The notes beneath the pieces are model-generated. The model did not search any database and had not been told where the DNA came from. It was given only the letters and a program-made list of their open reading frames with translations. Shown here piece after piece: positions 1 to 14,361 of a DNA stretch of 64,000 nucleotides; within the stretch, counting starts at the first letter, position 1; each line of letters opens with the position of its first letter. Source of the stretch: Octopus vulgaris (taxonomy: Eukaryota); the NCBI GenBank assembly GCA_951406725.2, contig OX597819.1:120156001-120220000 (forward strand). Direction: 5' to 3'. The position numbers and the translations under genes are program-made.

Positions 1-226
1 ATTAGCAGCTACAGCACATATCTTTATTTTTAGCTTTATCATTATCGCCATTACCACCACTACTATTATTATTACCATTATTACTATTTCCATTTATTAT
101 TAAAAAAATGTGTAAATGTTCTTTATTTTCAATTTTTGTTATTATTATTGCTGTTGTTGTTGTTGCTTTTGCTATTATTATTACTATCATTATTATTATT
201 ATCATATTTATTATTATTATAAGTAA

Positions 227-263
<37 letters not shown>

Positions 264-282
264 TGTTGTTGTTGTTGCTGTT

Positions 283-354
<72 letters not shown>

Positions 355-357
355 ATT
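1..357. repeat. Compound trinucleotide low-complexity tract (ATT/GTT/AGT)n
   Basis: Visible runs of att, gtt and agt; explains the poly-I/S/C ORFs. Confidence 0.95.
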
Positions 358-1429
358 AATATTCATACGATCGGTATTGTTGTTGTTCTCATCGTGTCGT
401 CGTCATTCGTTAAGCATAAATCAATACGATTATCACAGCTTGTTTATCAAATTAATTTACAATTTCGGCGTAAATTCAGAATCGGGTGAATATTTCTTGT
501 GGTGTTGTGTTTGTGAGTAGAAGGAGTAGAAAATTATAAACATTTAAATAAGGCATAAAAATAAACTCTGAAAAAGTAATGAATTATTCTTCTCTTGTGT
601 ATTAAATTGACATGAATCCATACCTTGTAATCGTTTGAGGATTATTTCTTTCATCGCAAAATTTATATTGTTAACTCCAAAAATTCAACGCCTACGTTAA
701 GAGGAACTAACTATTCTAGCTCGAAAATATTAATAAAATATCTTTTAAAAACACTTACTGTTTATATATAAATTTTGTGTTACACCGACAGTTATCTCTG
801 GCTGAAACAATTCCAGTAGACCCGAGATATTTGCCTGTATTTACTGGAAATTTTAGTGCAGCACAAAAAAACTTCGTATACGACAACCGCCATTATTATA
901 TCAGTATGTTAATCTTAATAACCTAAATATCTCCAATACTATCTGTTCTTTGAAAAAAATAATGTCAGTTTATTCCACTGAACAAAACAAAAGTCCTTTA
1001 TTTTCTTCCATGTTCTGTCACGTCTAAATTATTTTATTTTTCTTTATTGTATTTCGTTGTTCTGTAATATAAACCCATAAAGATGCAATCGGGATGTTGA
1101 AAAAAAAAAGAACATTATCTTGATGAAGTCGTGTATTGTGAATATAATGATATGAAAGTTTTCCTATTTTTATACGACATATTGTCTCGTTTATTTCGTT
1201 GCCTTGAATGCGCATAAATGTTGAAAAGTTAATACATCAACAGATAGAAAGAAAAATTTTTCCACGGTACTTTTCCTTCCAAATAGTTCAGTATTTCTAA
1301 TAAAAATTCATTAATATACTTAACATTTTTCAGGTATTTGTTATCTTTTACTTACAGATGTATATACATTTCGCATACATTTATTTCCATTTTTAATGCT
1401 TTCCTCAATGTTTATAAATTTTGTAATCC

Positions 1430-2600
1430 AGATCTACAAGATGCCTTCACTGCTACAGCACAAGGGAAATATGATGAATACTGAGTACCTACACTTGGTA
1501 TCAACAATAATTACCAGGTTTCTAGCATTCGAATTTTCAAACAAATTTACCCACGTGTGGATTCCATCTGCCTCTCGTCCACTGCAGCATTCTAACGACA
1601 AGCTTTCTTCAGGGACAAAAAGATACATTACTTCATTATACAACAACTACCGCTCTAGAGACATCGCGAGAGCCTTACATTGGTGTAACTCTTACAATTG
1701 CCATCACAACGTTGCTACTTATACGCAAATTTCCGACAAGGTATCAAAAGGAAAACGGCATTCAACTGATTGTCCTAAAATACCGTAAATCCTCGAGTAT
1801 AATCCGCATTTTTTTCCCAAAATTTAAAGGTCAAAATCCCTAGTGCGTACTATATACGTGGTTAAAAATGAAAATTATTTTCTAAGCAATGTCCGAGTCT
1901 CTATTTGCTGTCCGGCAATTTTTATTCAGACGCATTTTGAGATGTCGGGTGCGAAAATATCTTAAGCTAAGCCTGAAATCATTGAAGTCATAAAAGAATC
2001 ATCCATAACTTGCAATAAGCAACATTTATTAAACGTTATTACTGTTATTACTGTTATTTCTTTAGTTTCTGCAAACAAAATGCACAAAAAAGCTACACGT
2101 TTGCATTATATTATATATACAATAATAATATAGGACGTTATCGTATACAGTTTTACAAACCAAGGACGGTATATATACCTCCTTGACTCAAGTTAGAGAA
2201 GGGGTGCATATTATACAAAAGGTTTAGGTTTTTCAGAAGTACAGCCCCCTAAAAATCACCTGCATATTATTCTCAAGAGTGGACTATACTCGAGGATTTA
2301 CGGTAAGTCTTGTCTCAAATACATATTGCCATTCCACATTCTTTAACCACCCCTAGAGATGCCTTTCCCTCTGTGAATTTAGCTAGTCTTGTATCACCTT
2401 CTCTCAGGTACTGCAGATCCACACGTCCTCTCTAGTCATCCATAATTTGTCCTCAAAACTTAAAATCCCGCACTAACCTCTATGCCCACACATTATTCTC
2501 CTATCCATAAATTCTCTGCAAATCTCTCACTTCATATATTTTTCCTGAACCCCTCCAATGACAAATATATAAATGAAATCCAACCGCGGTGACGCTACTA
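1430..2600 (+). mobile_element. Highly decayed non-LTR retrotransposon 3' remnant, split by a MITE
   Basis: Frameshifted fragments such as LASLVSP, SLRYCRSTRPL and KSRTNLYAHTLFS loosely resemble jockey/CR1-group ORF2 C-termini; weak. Confidence 0.3.
1783..2303. mobile_element. Tc1/mariner-pogo-type MITE
   Basis: TIRs CCGTAAATCCTCGAGTATA(A/G)TCC at both ends, TA on each side (1781-1782, 2304-2305), no coding capacity. Confidence 0.9.
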
Positions 2601-2771
2601 GTAACAGAACACCGGCGAGAATTGCTAGAACATAACATTCTTCTAGACAGAACTTGATATGTTGCAATGTTTTAAAACTTTCATCATTTTAGGTTCTTTG
2701 AATACACGGCAGATCTCAATCTGTCAAAGAAACCTTTCTGAATCCCCATCTTTACACTTATAAACAATACA

Positions 2772-3203
2772 CTTTTTACTCTTTTACTCTTTTACTTGTT
2801 TCAGTCATTTGATGTGGCCATGCTGGCGCACCGCCTTTAGTCGAGCAAATCGACCCCAGGACTTATTCTTTGGAAGCCTAGTACTTATTCTATCGGTCAC
2901 TTTTGCCGAACCGCTAAGTTACGGGGATGTAAACACACCACCATCAATTGTGAAGCGATGTTGGTAGGGACAAACACAGACACACAAACATATACGCACA
3001 CAAATACATACATACAACATACATACATACATATATATATATACAACGGGCTTCTTGCAGTTTCCGTCTACTAAATCCACTCACAGGGCTTTGGTCGGCC
3101 CGAGGCTATAGTAGAAGACACTTGCCTAAGGTGCCACGCAGTGGGACTGAACCCAGAACCATGTGGTTGGTAAGCAAGCTACTGACCACACAGCCACTCC
3201 TGC
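2772..3203 (-). mobile_element. SINE type A (tRNA head, CORE-like segment, internal microsatellite, AAAAGAGT tail)
   Basis: Reverse complement of the copy at 24866-25293; A/B-box-like TGGCTGTGTGG and GGTTCAGTCCC. Confidence 0.9.
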
Positions 3204-3344
3204 ATTTAAGCGCTGACAAATTAGAAATATAATTCGTTTTGTTAACACTCAACAAGACTTTGCAAGTTGATTATTTTTGTTTTTTTTTTTATTGTATCCA
3301 GTTGTTGGACATCGGGTTTAATCGAACAAGTTGACTTCAGTACC

Positions 3345-3806
<462 letters not shown>

Positions 3807-3819
3807 CTTTCTTAGAGTT

Positions 3820-4283
3820 GCTTACTTATCTTTTAGCAGAACCACTAAGTTACGGGAACCTTAATAAAACAACACCAGTTGGCAATTGGTGATGGGGACA
3901 AACGTAAACACAGAGGCATGAATACGCATAGATATGTAACCACAGGTGGATGGTTAGCGATTTTTCCTTATTTTTCCTTCTTTCTCGATAGACTTTTCTC
4001 TTTCCGACGAAGAGCTATGCTCGAAACGTTAACAATTCTCTCTTTCATCGAGTGTCAAATTAATACATTTCTTGTGCTCATCATCACATTTCGTTTATTT
4101 CATTTCATTTTAGTTGTTTTTTTCTTTGAACCGACTATATATATAAACGATGGGCTTCTTTCACACTTTCACATAAGTCATTGGTCGACGCAGGGCTATA
4201 GTAGAAAACGATTTCTCAAGAACTGAAAACGAAACCGAGTGGTTACAAAGGAAGCTTCCTAACCACAAAGCTATGGTTGTGCC
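3820..4283 (-). mobile_element. Degenerate SINE type A interrupted by a PLE-like fragment (~3940-4135)
   Basis: ctaagttacggg...ggggacaaac and gggcttcttt...gggctatagtagaa blocks flank an unrelated insert containing CCGACGAAGAGC-GCTCGAAACGTT. Confidence 0.6.
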
Positions 4284-4992
4284 TAATTCCTAACCTTAGA
4301 GTAGTATTTTTCCATCCAAGTATTTCATGCAAGATATTAATGAAGCACTGCATGACATTAAAGTCATACGTATGGCAAATAATAGACTGGTACATTTGCA
4401 GGAGAAATTAGCGACAGAAGTAAACAGATAAATTGTTAACCTTCAAATCATGCTCAGTTAAACTCTCCATTCTTCAGTATTTACTGCGTCACAGTCGGAA
4501 ACATCACACAAAATTCGTCTCCGTAAATATACTTGTCAAACAGTCAATGTTGTTTCCAATTCAATGTGCTCCTTCCTTCAGCGTATTACGGAGATTATAA
4601 ATAATTCTTGAATCAAAAATGACACAAATAGAAATCTCTCTATCACGGAATCCAATAATCTTTTTCTAAGCCCTATTGAAGTGAAGTTTCATTCTGCATC
4701 ATTCCATACCTTTAAACCCACCTCTGAAGCAAAATTTAATGCCTACATTTCGATGCTGGAGTTGCCAATGCACCATACAATAATAGTCTTTGCATATTGA
4801 ATTTATATGAATATAGGCGAAATTGTGTATGTTTTATGAGAGTAAGTAAAATATATGTTTTATTGCGCAGATTTATTCGCATTCTCAGGACATGGTATCC
4901 TGAGCATGACTTTAAAATACACCTGGTAGTGGATTCTTGGTTTGAGATCTTCCGTGTTTTAAGGAGTGTGGAACCACTTCTTGATCTCTATT

Positions 4993-5554
4993 GTTATTTA
5001 TTTATTGCCCACAAGGGCCTAATCATAGAGGGGACAAACAAGGACAGTCAAACGGAATATGTTGATTTCATCAACCCCAGTGCGTAACTGGTACTTAATT
5101 TATCGATCCTGAAACGATGAAAGGCAAAGTCGACGTCGCCGGAATTGGAACTCAGAACGTAATGGCAGATGAAATACCTATTTCTTTACTACCCACAAGG
5201 GGACAAACACAGAGAGGACAAACAAGGACAGACAAACGGATTAAGTCGATTATATCGAGCCCAGTGCGTAACTGGTACTTACTATATCGATCCCGAAAGG
5301 ATGAAAGGCAAAGTCGACTACGACGGAATTTGATCTCAGAACGTAGCGGCAGACGAAATACCTATTTCTTTACTACCCACAAGGGGCTAAACACAGAGAG
5401 GACAAACAAGGACAGACAAAGGGATGAAGTCGATTATATCGACCCCAATGCGTAACTGGTACATATTTAATCGATCCCGAAAGGATGAAAGGCAAAGTCG
5501 ACCTACCGCTACGCATTTCGCCCGGCGTGCTAATAGTTCTGCCAGCTCGCCGCC
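4993..5554 (-). mobile_element. SINE type B, three tandem ~183-bp body units
   Basis: Head GGCGGCGAGCTGGCAG (RC at 5554); repeated gtcgactttgcctttcatcctttcgg..gtcgata..aagtaccag core, which from memory resembles the MetaSINE domain. Confidence 0.9.
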
Positions 5555-6499
5555 TTTATTGTGTTTAAGTTGCTATCACTGCAATGCGGTCGGCCACGAC
5601 AAAGAAGGCCAATCATAATTATTTGCTACTTCAAGTCTCTAGGTTGGTCAAGAATGTTCAAAATGAAATTCATTAGACCAGTATGTGTAAGTTTACTTAA
5701 AGTGTATCAACAATATATTACGGTTTGTTCGAAGCACCCAGGTTGTATATATATATGCAGTTTAAAATTCCTTGAATGAAGATGACAGCTGGTAAATAAG
5801 CAATCATTACTACAAGTTAAAGCAACGAATGACACGGACAAAGAAGCACAACTGAAGTTCATTAACACTCAGTTATTCTCCAATGTATACACTAACCTAA
5901 ACAGCGGTTTTTATGATGATTCACAGAAGCATCGTAATCACACAAGCCTCCTTACGTAAGTAAATAAGTTTATATAACAAAAGTTTAAATCGTGTTCAAA
6001 TTAAATGCGCACAATCACGAGTGGTCCATCGTACTTCACACAAAACAAGACAATTTTGTATAATACATATAAAGTGTGAAATAGTTCACGCTGAGTTTTC
6101 ACGAATTATGTTAATTACGATGTCAAAATCTGAATGGAGTTTCTTTTCTAATATTTGCGCTTCTCTTGATGAAGAGATAATTAAATACGATAAGCATTCA
6201 AAAGACAATTCTTCACATAATATGTTATTATTTGATATTATCCAGACGCGAAAATTAGATTCTTTCAACAGCAAGAACAATAACCGGATAAACTTTGCGA
6301 AATTGCCCAGACAATAGACTTAAAATATTGCAGAATTATAACAAGATTGTACAATACTGAACTTGAAGTTTGATGTCATGGCAGGAGGTAAGAGTAATGC
6401 TTTTGAAATCCATATATATCACACAGCATAACCATTTAATGGTATTTAAACCTACCCTGAAATATCAACATACCAAGACACATATGCACACGCATTCAC

Positions 6500-6571
6500 G
6501 TAGACATGATGCGCGTGTGTTTGTGTATACGTGAGTGTGTGTGCACGAGCATGTGTAGGTGCATATGTATG

Positions 6572-6615
<44 letters not shown>

Positions 6616-6813
6616 CGCGTGTGTGTATATATGTATGTATATGTATATAGATGTTGATATATATGTACTTATATACATAAGATCATATACATGTATGTAT
6701 ATATATATATATATGTATGTATGTATGTATGTATATGTATATATATATATATATGTATATAGAAGTGGATATAGATATAAATATATAGTTATATACATAT
6801 GATGATATACATG

Positions 6814-6851
<38 letters not shown>

Positions 6852-6888
6852 CGTATGTAAACACGCGCGCGCGCACACACTCACACAT

Positions 6889-6929
<41 letters not shown>

Positions 6930-6965
6930 CAGACGTATATTTGTACGCGTGTATGTGTGTGCGTA
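6500..6965. repeat. Compound (TG)n/(TA)n/(CA)n microsatellite
   Basis: Direct inspection. Confidence 0.95.
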
Positions 6966-7373
6966 ATTCTTTGTTCATCGTTTAAGGAAAGAAAATCATG
7001 CTGGTGTTATAAACAACATATGTATTGCGAAAATTTATAACATATTTCACAAGATACTGGTTGCGCATAAACAATATCATTCAGGAAATTATATACCAAC
7101 TAAATTTACAGGATATCAGATCTATATATTAAACATTGTTGAAATTTTGAACATAAGCCTGCATTAGAAATAGAATATGTCAGCTTTAACACAACATTCT
7201 CCCACAGAACATATATATAGTCGTAAAGTATGAGTTATCTCCCTTAAATCTATCATATAATCCAGTACTATCTGAATAGTTCAATCACTGAAGTTTCATA
7301 AATGTAATCAATACAGATTTCTATCTCTGTAACTAGATAAATATACTTTTGGTATGTCTATGCCGAAGCTGCT

Positions 7374-7734
7374 GATGTTGATGTGGATATTGAGCGAAGC
7401 GGTCTTCTGTAGTGAGAGAAGTCCGAAACGTGGTCCTTTGCTATTCGTAAAACCCGCAGAAGAGAAGGCAGGTCAACCCCCGACACCGAGAGTATCGACG
7501 GACGGATGAATGTGCATCCAGGCTCAGCGTTTGCGTAGGAAGTCGGGGGACAAGAAACAGGAAGAGAGAGTGAGAGAAAGTTGGAGCGAAAGAGTACAAC
7601 AGGGGTCGCCACCACCCCCTGTCGAAGCCACGTGGAGCTTTAGGTGTTTTCGCTCAATAAATACACACAACGCCCGGTATGGGAATTGAAACCGCTAGTC
7701 CGCTGCCCTAACCATTGGGTCATTGCGCCTCCAC
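7374..7734 (-). mobile_element. Full-length SINE type C with 13-bp TSD
   Basis: TGCCGAAGCTGCT at 7361-7373 and 7735-7747; tRNA-like head GTGGAGGCGCAATG..GGTTAGGGCAGCGG. Confidence 0.9.
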
Positions 7735-8062
7735 TGCCGAAGCTGCTCAAGCTGGTTCAACCAAAGAATATAATATTTACTGTATGATCACACAGGTTTT
7801 TTGCTAATCGAAGTATTACGCCGAATAGGCAATTTTAGGGAGGTATGGTGTAAACCATGTAAACACTAACAGTACTGAATAATTTTTTTCATTTGTGAAA
7901 TAGAATTGGTGTATAAACCATGTTCGGACAACTTTTAAGAAACGTAGAATTCAAAGATGCAGATGGAGAAACATTCACATATTTTCAATATTACGCAACA
8001 ATAACAAAAATCCATGTAAAGCTTAAGAAATTGAAAGGATAGAAGTATGTTTAAGAGCAGAT

Positions 8063-8315
8063 AATAATAAATAAATGCGCCCTTTTAAAGCATGACCAGG
8101 CTCATGGGCCCGGCTTCCCGGTTTCAATGGCGTATGTGTTCCCCAGCTGGACGAGACGCCAGTCCATCGCAGCGTTACTCATTTTTGCCAGTTGAGTGGA
8201 TTGGAGCAACGTTAAATGAAGTGTTTTGCTCAAGAACACAACGCGTCACCCAGTCTTGGAATCGAAACCACAATCTTACGATCATGATGCTGACACCCTA
8301 ACCACTAAGCCACGC
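8063..8315 (-). mobile_element. SINE type D (tRNA head, CORE-like body, tail shared with type C copies)
   Basis: RC reads gcgtggcttagtggttaggg..ggtttcgattcc..gctgcgatggactggcgtc..gaaaccggg..cccatgagcct, followed by an (ATTT/ATT) tail. Confidence 0.8.
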
Positions 8316-9142
8316 GTAGGATTTCTTATTTAATGGAAAGGAGCTGTGTATTGGCCAACCTTGAGATAATAGAATAGAACCCATCAATTTTCTGGGGTTC
8401 TTATTGTGAAAATCTGATAATTTAGGAAAATTATTCATGGCTATAAAAATACAACCATAATTATCAACATAGACATGCATATATCGTTATCATTCGGGTA
8501 AGGTAGCATGGGCGTATCCATTGTTTTAATTGCTGGGGTAAAATTTTCCAAATTAAATATCTTATGTAAATAAAATTAAAAGAGGCAACACAGCATGAAA
8601 AAATACTGTCCATGCTCATCAGTGGTGTTTAACTTACTATCACTGCAATGCAGTCGCCCAAAACAAAGAAGGCCAATCATAATTATTTGTTACTTCGAGT
8701 CTCTAGGTTGGTCAAGAAAGTTCAAAATGAAATTCATTATTACAGTGTGTGACCTAAACACTTGAAAGGAAATGAAAGGGTCTTAACGTTTCAGACGCAA
8801 GTGATTCATCCGAAGAAATGTATACAACGGAATGCATTGTAGGCTGGTAAAGTGATTGAGGGACAAATACAATGCATAAAAAAATAAAACCACAATCTAC
8901 AAGCGTAAATGATTATCAAGCTGTCTTCGGGAGAACTTTACATATTGATATTGTATTCAAAGAATTCAAACCAAGAGGTATAAATAGCCTCAAAACTAGA
9001 CGTCTAAATGTCCAAGATACTACCGATTTTATGCCAAGCAAATGTTAATCTTAGTGAAAACGAAACGAAAACAAATGAAGGTAAACAAAAAGTCTTCTAA
9101 CACAGAGAAAGACGTTTAAAAACACTAGCATAAAAACGCATC

Positions 9143-9589
9143 GGATCTTTTCGGTTTGAACGGTAGTTTTTCTAGCGGTGTCATATGAAACTGTCACCCA
9201 TAATTTTGACCCTAGTATCGATCTATTGCATTTCAATCTATTTTAGGGTTAGGGTTAGTTAATGTTAGTTAGGGTTAGGGTTAGGGTTAGGGGTGGGGGG
9301 AAGGATATATTTTTTTCTTCAGAAATGTAAATAAACCCAATCTGTTTCTTAAACGAGGGACATATTCATACGCTACAGAATGGGTTTTACCTCAATAGAC
9401 ATCACTGATCGATTGAAATTGCAGAAATTGAAGAAAAAAACAACAAATATCTTACAAACCATAGATGCTTCTCAATAAAGCCAAGAGAAAAAGATGTTTT
9501 ATAAACACATTCTACCAGTATACGAAGTTTAAAAGTGTTTAGTTACCTAGAAATTATGTTAAAAACTGCCGTTCAAACCGAAAAGATCC
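9143..9589. mobile_element. MITE with 8-bp TSD and internal TTAGGG repeats, copy 1
   Basis: TIR GGATCTTTTCGGTTTGAACGG(C/T)AGTTTTT; TSD AACGCATC at 9135-9142 and 9590-9597. Confidence 0.95.
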
Positions 9590-10329
9590 AACGCATCAAT
9601 CCTACCTACTAACATGGCCATTTTAATTCAGCATTAGCAATTACTAAATTTTATGTAAAAATAAAATAGGAATATGTTGTTCAGTATCAGGTCATGATCA
9701 CTTCTGAAATTTATGTTTATATTTCTAACAGTATTAATGGAGTACACATCATGCCATGCATTGTTTGTGTCTTTCGTTTGCTGTTCATTTCGTGACTCGA
9801 GAAAACCCGTTCCGATACAGTTATATCACGATCATTCATTTAGCCACTAAAAGACATTTATAAAGCAATGTGGGTCGCACATTTGTGACTTACATGCAAC
9901 ATTCCCTTTTTAGAAACAATTCGACACATATCTAAAATTTCACTTTCGATTGTAATGCTAACAAAATAAAATATGGCTGATAGCTTTGATAATACAGCAA
10001 CGTTTTCTAAGGTTAATATTTTAAGTATAAATTGTTTTGACGAACAAATTTATGTTTCTTGGGTTATGATGTTTTTGTTTGCCTCAGCTGTGAAGGCTTT
10101 TCTGTTTATTTTATTATATATTTCCACTTTCAATTCAATCCAATGTTATTGGAAGTATTTCTTCGTATTTCTCAGAACATATATTCCATCGCTAGTTTTT
10201 ATTCTTTGATAACACGAGTTCCTGCTTCTCTTGTATTAAACACGTTGAAGAGATTGTAAACGTAATATCCGTGTTCACATTAACAAAATATATACATAGA
10301 ATCTAAAAGACAGGCTATGGACTATATAA

Positions 10330-12555
10330 TATGCTACGCATCCAATCATTCCGAAGTCATCAGTTTGCAAAATAATTCAAACACGATAATATTCATGGGG
10401 TAAAAAATTTGGTAATTCCCCCAAATACTTAGCGGTATCTCGATAATGTCCATATTCTTGTGCTAGACAAAAAACAACAAATATCATCGATATCCACTAT
10501 AAAACCCAGGACTGTAACTTGGTCACCACCAATTTGCAAGTACCAAATTTCCATACAACAAAATAATTCAGTTACTCATATCAACAACAATAGCGTATTT
10601 CCTGAAGAACTGGAATCGTGTAGGAAATGGATGTATGGCTGTTAAGAATATTCGAATCACGGTAAATACGACTTAGTATTTGCCTGTATTGATTACCGAA
10701 TAGCATTTGATTAATATACTTCTCTGTTGGATACCAGAGACTCCACATAAATAAAACAGCGACAACACTAACAAAAGTACATCAAATGGCCTCTGATAAA
10801 TCGAAATAGCCATGTCCTTTTAATTATCTCTGAATAGAAGATAATTAAAACCCAGTCCTGTTCGTATGAAGAAGAATATTTTACTTTATTCCTGTATGAT
10901 TCCGCCTAACCCAGAACATATTAGCAAATATGCTGAATTAAACTACCAGTGGTTATAGATCTACAGCCAAAGTTATCAACATCTCTTTATATCGATGACT
11001 TAGAAATATTTATAAGTAAGAATACTCAGTCGGAAAGTCTACTAATAATTTGTTTCGTTGAAATTAGTATAACATTAGAAAATGCATCAAAGCTGATATA
11101 AGAAATATAGAATTATCTGAAAGTGAGAAAATTGAATCAGATATAAACATAGAGATCAGAGAATTAAACTAGAAGCACCCATATAAATACTTAGATGTAG
11201 ATGAAACTGATAATGTACAACACACGGAAATGAAGGAGAAAATTAGAAAAAAAAAAGTATTACACAAGAATCAGACTGAATATTAAAAACCCAAGTCAGT
11301 GCTCGAAGTAAAATAAAATAAAACATAGGTATAATACACTAGGCATCAAAGTTACAAATACTTGCATCACTATAATAAACTAGAAGTTAATTGAGTTGAA
11401 GAGTTTAGAGAGAACACAATAAGACACTATTAACAGTTTTCGAAAGCCATAATCCCGAAACCGATGTAGATAATATATGACGGGTGTACAAGATAAGTTA
11501 CTACAGTGATGTGAGAAAATTACTTAGAAGCAAAGAGAATGCAGAATCACAAAAGAAATAATAAAAGTGTAAACAAAAAAATGCATAAATTTGAATTACA
11601 GAAAAGTATTTAGACAAAGAATAGGATTTAGATACTGAAAACATTAAAAAATTGAAATAAGATCAAAAACAAAAAAGTTTCAACGTAGGGAAGAAAAACC
11701 AGTCTGCTGACGATAAGTCGAGAAAGACTAGCAAGAAACTAGAAATAATATTATGTCTCAGATACACGAGGATCAAAAAGAATTGTATTTTAGCTACGCC
11801 TGTATCAATGGCTAGTCATATGAACAAAACTCGGATCTTTTCGGTTTGAACAGCAGTTTTTAACATAATTTCTAGGTAACTAAAAAATTTTAATCTTCGT
11901 ATACTGGTAGAATGTGTTTATAAAACATCGTTTTCACTTGGCTTTATTGAGAAAATTCGATAGTTTGTAAGATATTTGTTGTTTCTTTCTTCAATTTCTG
12001 CAATTTCAACCCATCACTGACGTCTATTGAGGTAAAAAAAAAACATTCTGTGTCGTATGAATATGTCCCTCGTTTAAGAAACAGATTGGGTTTATTTACA
12101 TTTGTGAAGAAAAAAATACCCTTCGCCCCACCCCTAACCCTAACCCGAACCCTAACTAACCCTAACCCTAAAACAGATTGAAATACAACAGATCGATACT
12201 AGGGTCATAATTATGGGTGACAATTTCATATGACACCGCTAGGAAAAACTGCCGTTCAAACGGAAAAGATCCCAAAACTCGTTTTATAAATTGACAGCTA
12301 CTAACATCAGCAGATTTAACAATTTGTAGGTTATAACCGTCTACATCCTTTCTGGATACGCATTCTATATTCACTTGCTTTCAAGTCCCATATTTACAAT
12401 CTCGTTCAATCATCAAGTTATGTCCACAGAGAAACGTGCCATCACTTCGATGCGAAAACGAATAAGAACTGGTTAAACATTTAATAATTACGGTGCATGA
12501 TATCGACCAGTCCACAGTCAGCTTAGACATGCCAATCGAGACCGATAAGGGGTTT
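10330..12555 (+). mobile_element. Decayed R4/Dong-like LINE (RT to pre-endonuclease region), interrupted by a MITE
   Basis: Frameshifted motifs HINNNSVFPEELESCRKWMYGC, ACIDYRIAFD, LFYIDDLEI, YKYLDVDETDNVQHTEMKEKIRK and SLDMPIETDK. Confidence 0.75.
11833..12272. mobile_element. MITE with 8-bp TSD and internal CCCTAA repeats, copy 2 (inverted relative to copy 1)
   Basis: Same TIRs; TSD CAAAACTC at 11825-11832 and 12273-12280. Confidence 0.95.
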
Positions 12556-12701
12556 TTCATGCAGATATATATCTATACAGAGAGAGAGAGAGAGGGGGGG
12601 GGAGAGAGACATATACATATACACACATACATGTATACATATATACATATATTCTTCTATAGGACTATATGTATATATGTATACATGTATGTATGTATAT
12701 G

Positions 12702-12747
<46 letters not shown>

Positions 12748-12816
12748 TCTCTCTCTCTGTATAAATATATATCTGCATGAAAAACCCCTTATCGGTCTAG
12801 ATTGGCATATATATAA

Positions 12817-13033
12817 GGCGGCGAGCTGGCAGACTCGTTAGCACGCCGGGCGAAATGCGTAGCCGTATTTCGTCTGCTGTTACGTTCTGAGTTCAAATTC
12901 CGCCGAGGTCGACTTTGCCTTTCATCCTTTCGGGGTCGATAAATTAAGTACCAGTTACGCCCTGGGGTCGATGTAATCGACATAATCCGTTTGTCCCCTC
13001 TGTGTTTAGCCCCTTGTGGACAGTAGTGAAATA
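12817..13033 (+). mobile_element. SINE type B monomer
   Basis: GGCGGCGAGCTGGCAG head, GAGTTCAAATTC B-box-like motif, same body as 44058-44637. Confidence 0.9.
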
Positions 13034-13039
13034 CATATA

Positions 13040-13290
13040 TTCTTCTATAGGGGTCTTTACCGAGCCGCGACGTTACGGAATTACAGAACGTAAAAACACA
13101 AACACCGGTTATCAATCGGTGGAAGGAAACGAACAGACGTACTCAGCAGGCTTCCAGACAGTTCCCGTCTACCAAATTGTTTCATAATCGGCTGACCCGA
13201 CGCTATAGTAAACGACCACTGCTCGAAATGTTGCGCAGAGTGGGATCGAACCGAAGGTATCTAGTTAAATTGTGAGTTTCTTAATGCAGT
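13040..13290 (-). mobile_element. Degenerate SINE type A
   Basis: Residual gttacgg, cagtt.ccgtctaccaaat and gctatagta blocks. Confidence 0.6.
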
Positions 13291-14361
13291 TCTTCCTAAC
13301 CTAGCTACATACATATATAAGTATTTATAAGCATATATGCATATGTGTGTGTGAGTATCTATACATATATAAATGTGTGTCTGTGTTATGTGTCTGTATC
13401 TCTGCCTGTGTGTTTACGTGGAAGCCAAGTATAATGCCAAATCAGGAAATTGCTCACGGTCGACTACTTTGACTAAGTAAATTTTTCCATTTACTAGAAA
13501 CTATAATGTCGAATCAGGACAGAAACACAGCTCTAGAGGTTTGAATTGTCGTATTTGACTTGCAATAAAGCTTGTTTCCAACTATTTGGAAGGAGGAGAT
13601 GGAGAAGACGAGCTAGAAAAATTTTCTTGAGGAGAATGTCTATATTGCATAAAACATTTGTTTTCAGAAAGTTTATTCATAAATTCATAACTTCGAACAT
13701 TTTATTATTAGTTTCATAACAATACAAGCAAGTTATAAAGGATCTGCCAAAAATACGGAAACACAGAAGGTATCCCTTGTGCATTATTTTTACTAAAATA
13801 TAATTTGCATCAACATAAAGCAGAACTTGTAACCTTTAAACAGCAGTGGCTGTAAGAAAACTCATTTTGATGCACATCGTGTGTTTTTCCATTAAAAAGA
13901 GATTTTCATGCATAGGTTATATAATCGCCTTCTGTGCAGTTTGATGCAGTTATTGTCAGAAACATTTGACCCGGACTTTTACTTCATCTAGAAGTTTAGT
14001 TTTCTCTAAGATTCACTTCACTGTAAAGTATTGAAGAACTGTCAAGTAAAACTATAATATAAAGTTTCTGTTCTTACTATGCTGATGTATAGTTTTCGGT
14101 AGTGAAGTGTTAAATAACAGAATAGAATAAGAGGAGAATATAGATCTAAGTTTGCAGAACGCAGCGTAAATCAGAACTGAAATATATTTAGAATAAATTT
14201 ATAGCTTTATTATATATATATATGCACATATATGTGTATGTGTATTTGTACTAAGGTAAAATTCTGAGGTCCCATTCAATGGAAAGGTTATCGATGGGTC
14301 TATCTATCAATTCTTTCTACTTTTTGTCACTCTCTCTTTCTCCTTCTCTTTCTATATATAT

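Noticed and set aside
9243-9292. TTAGGG tract as a telomere or chromosome fusion scar
   Set aside because: It is internal to a TSD-flanked MITE present three times.
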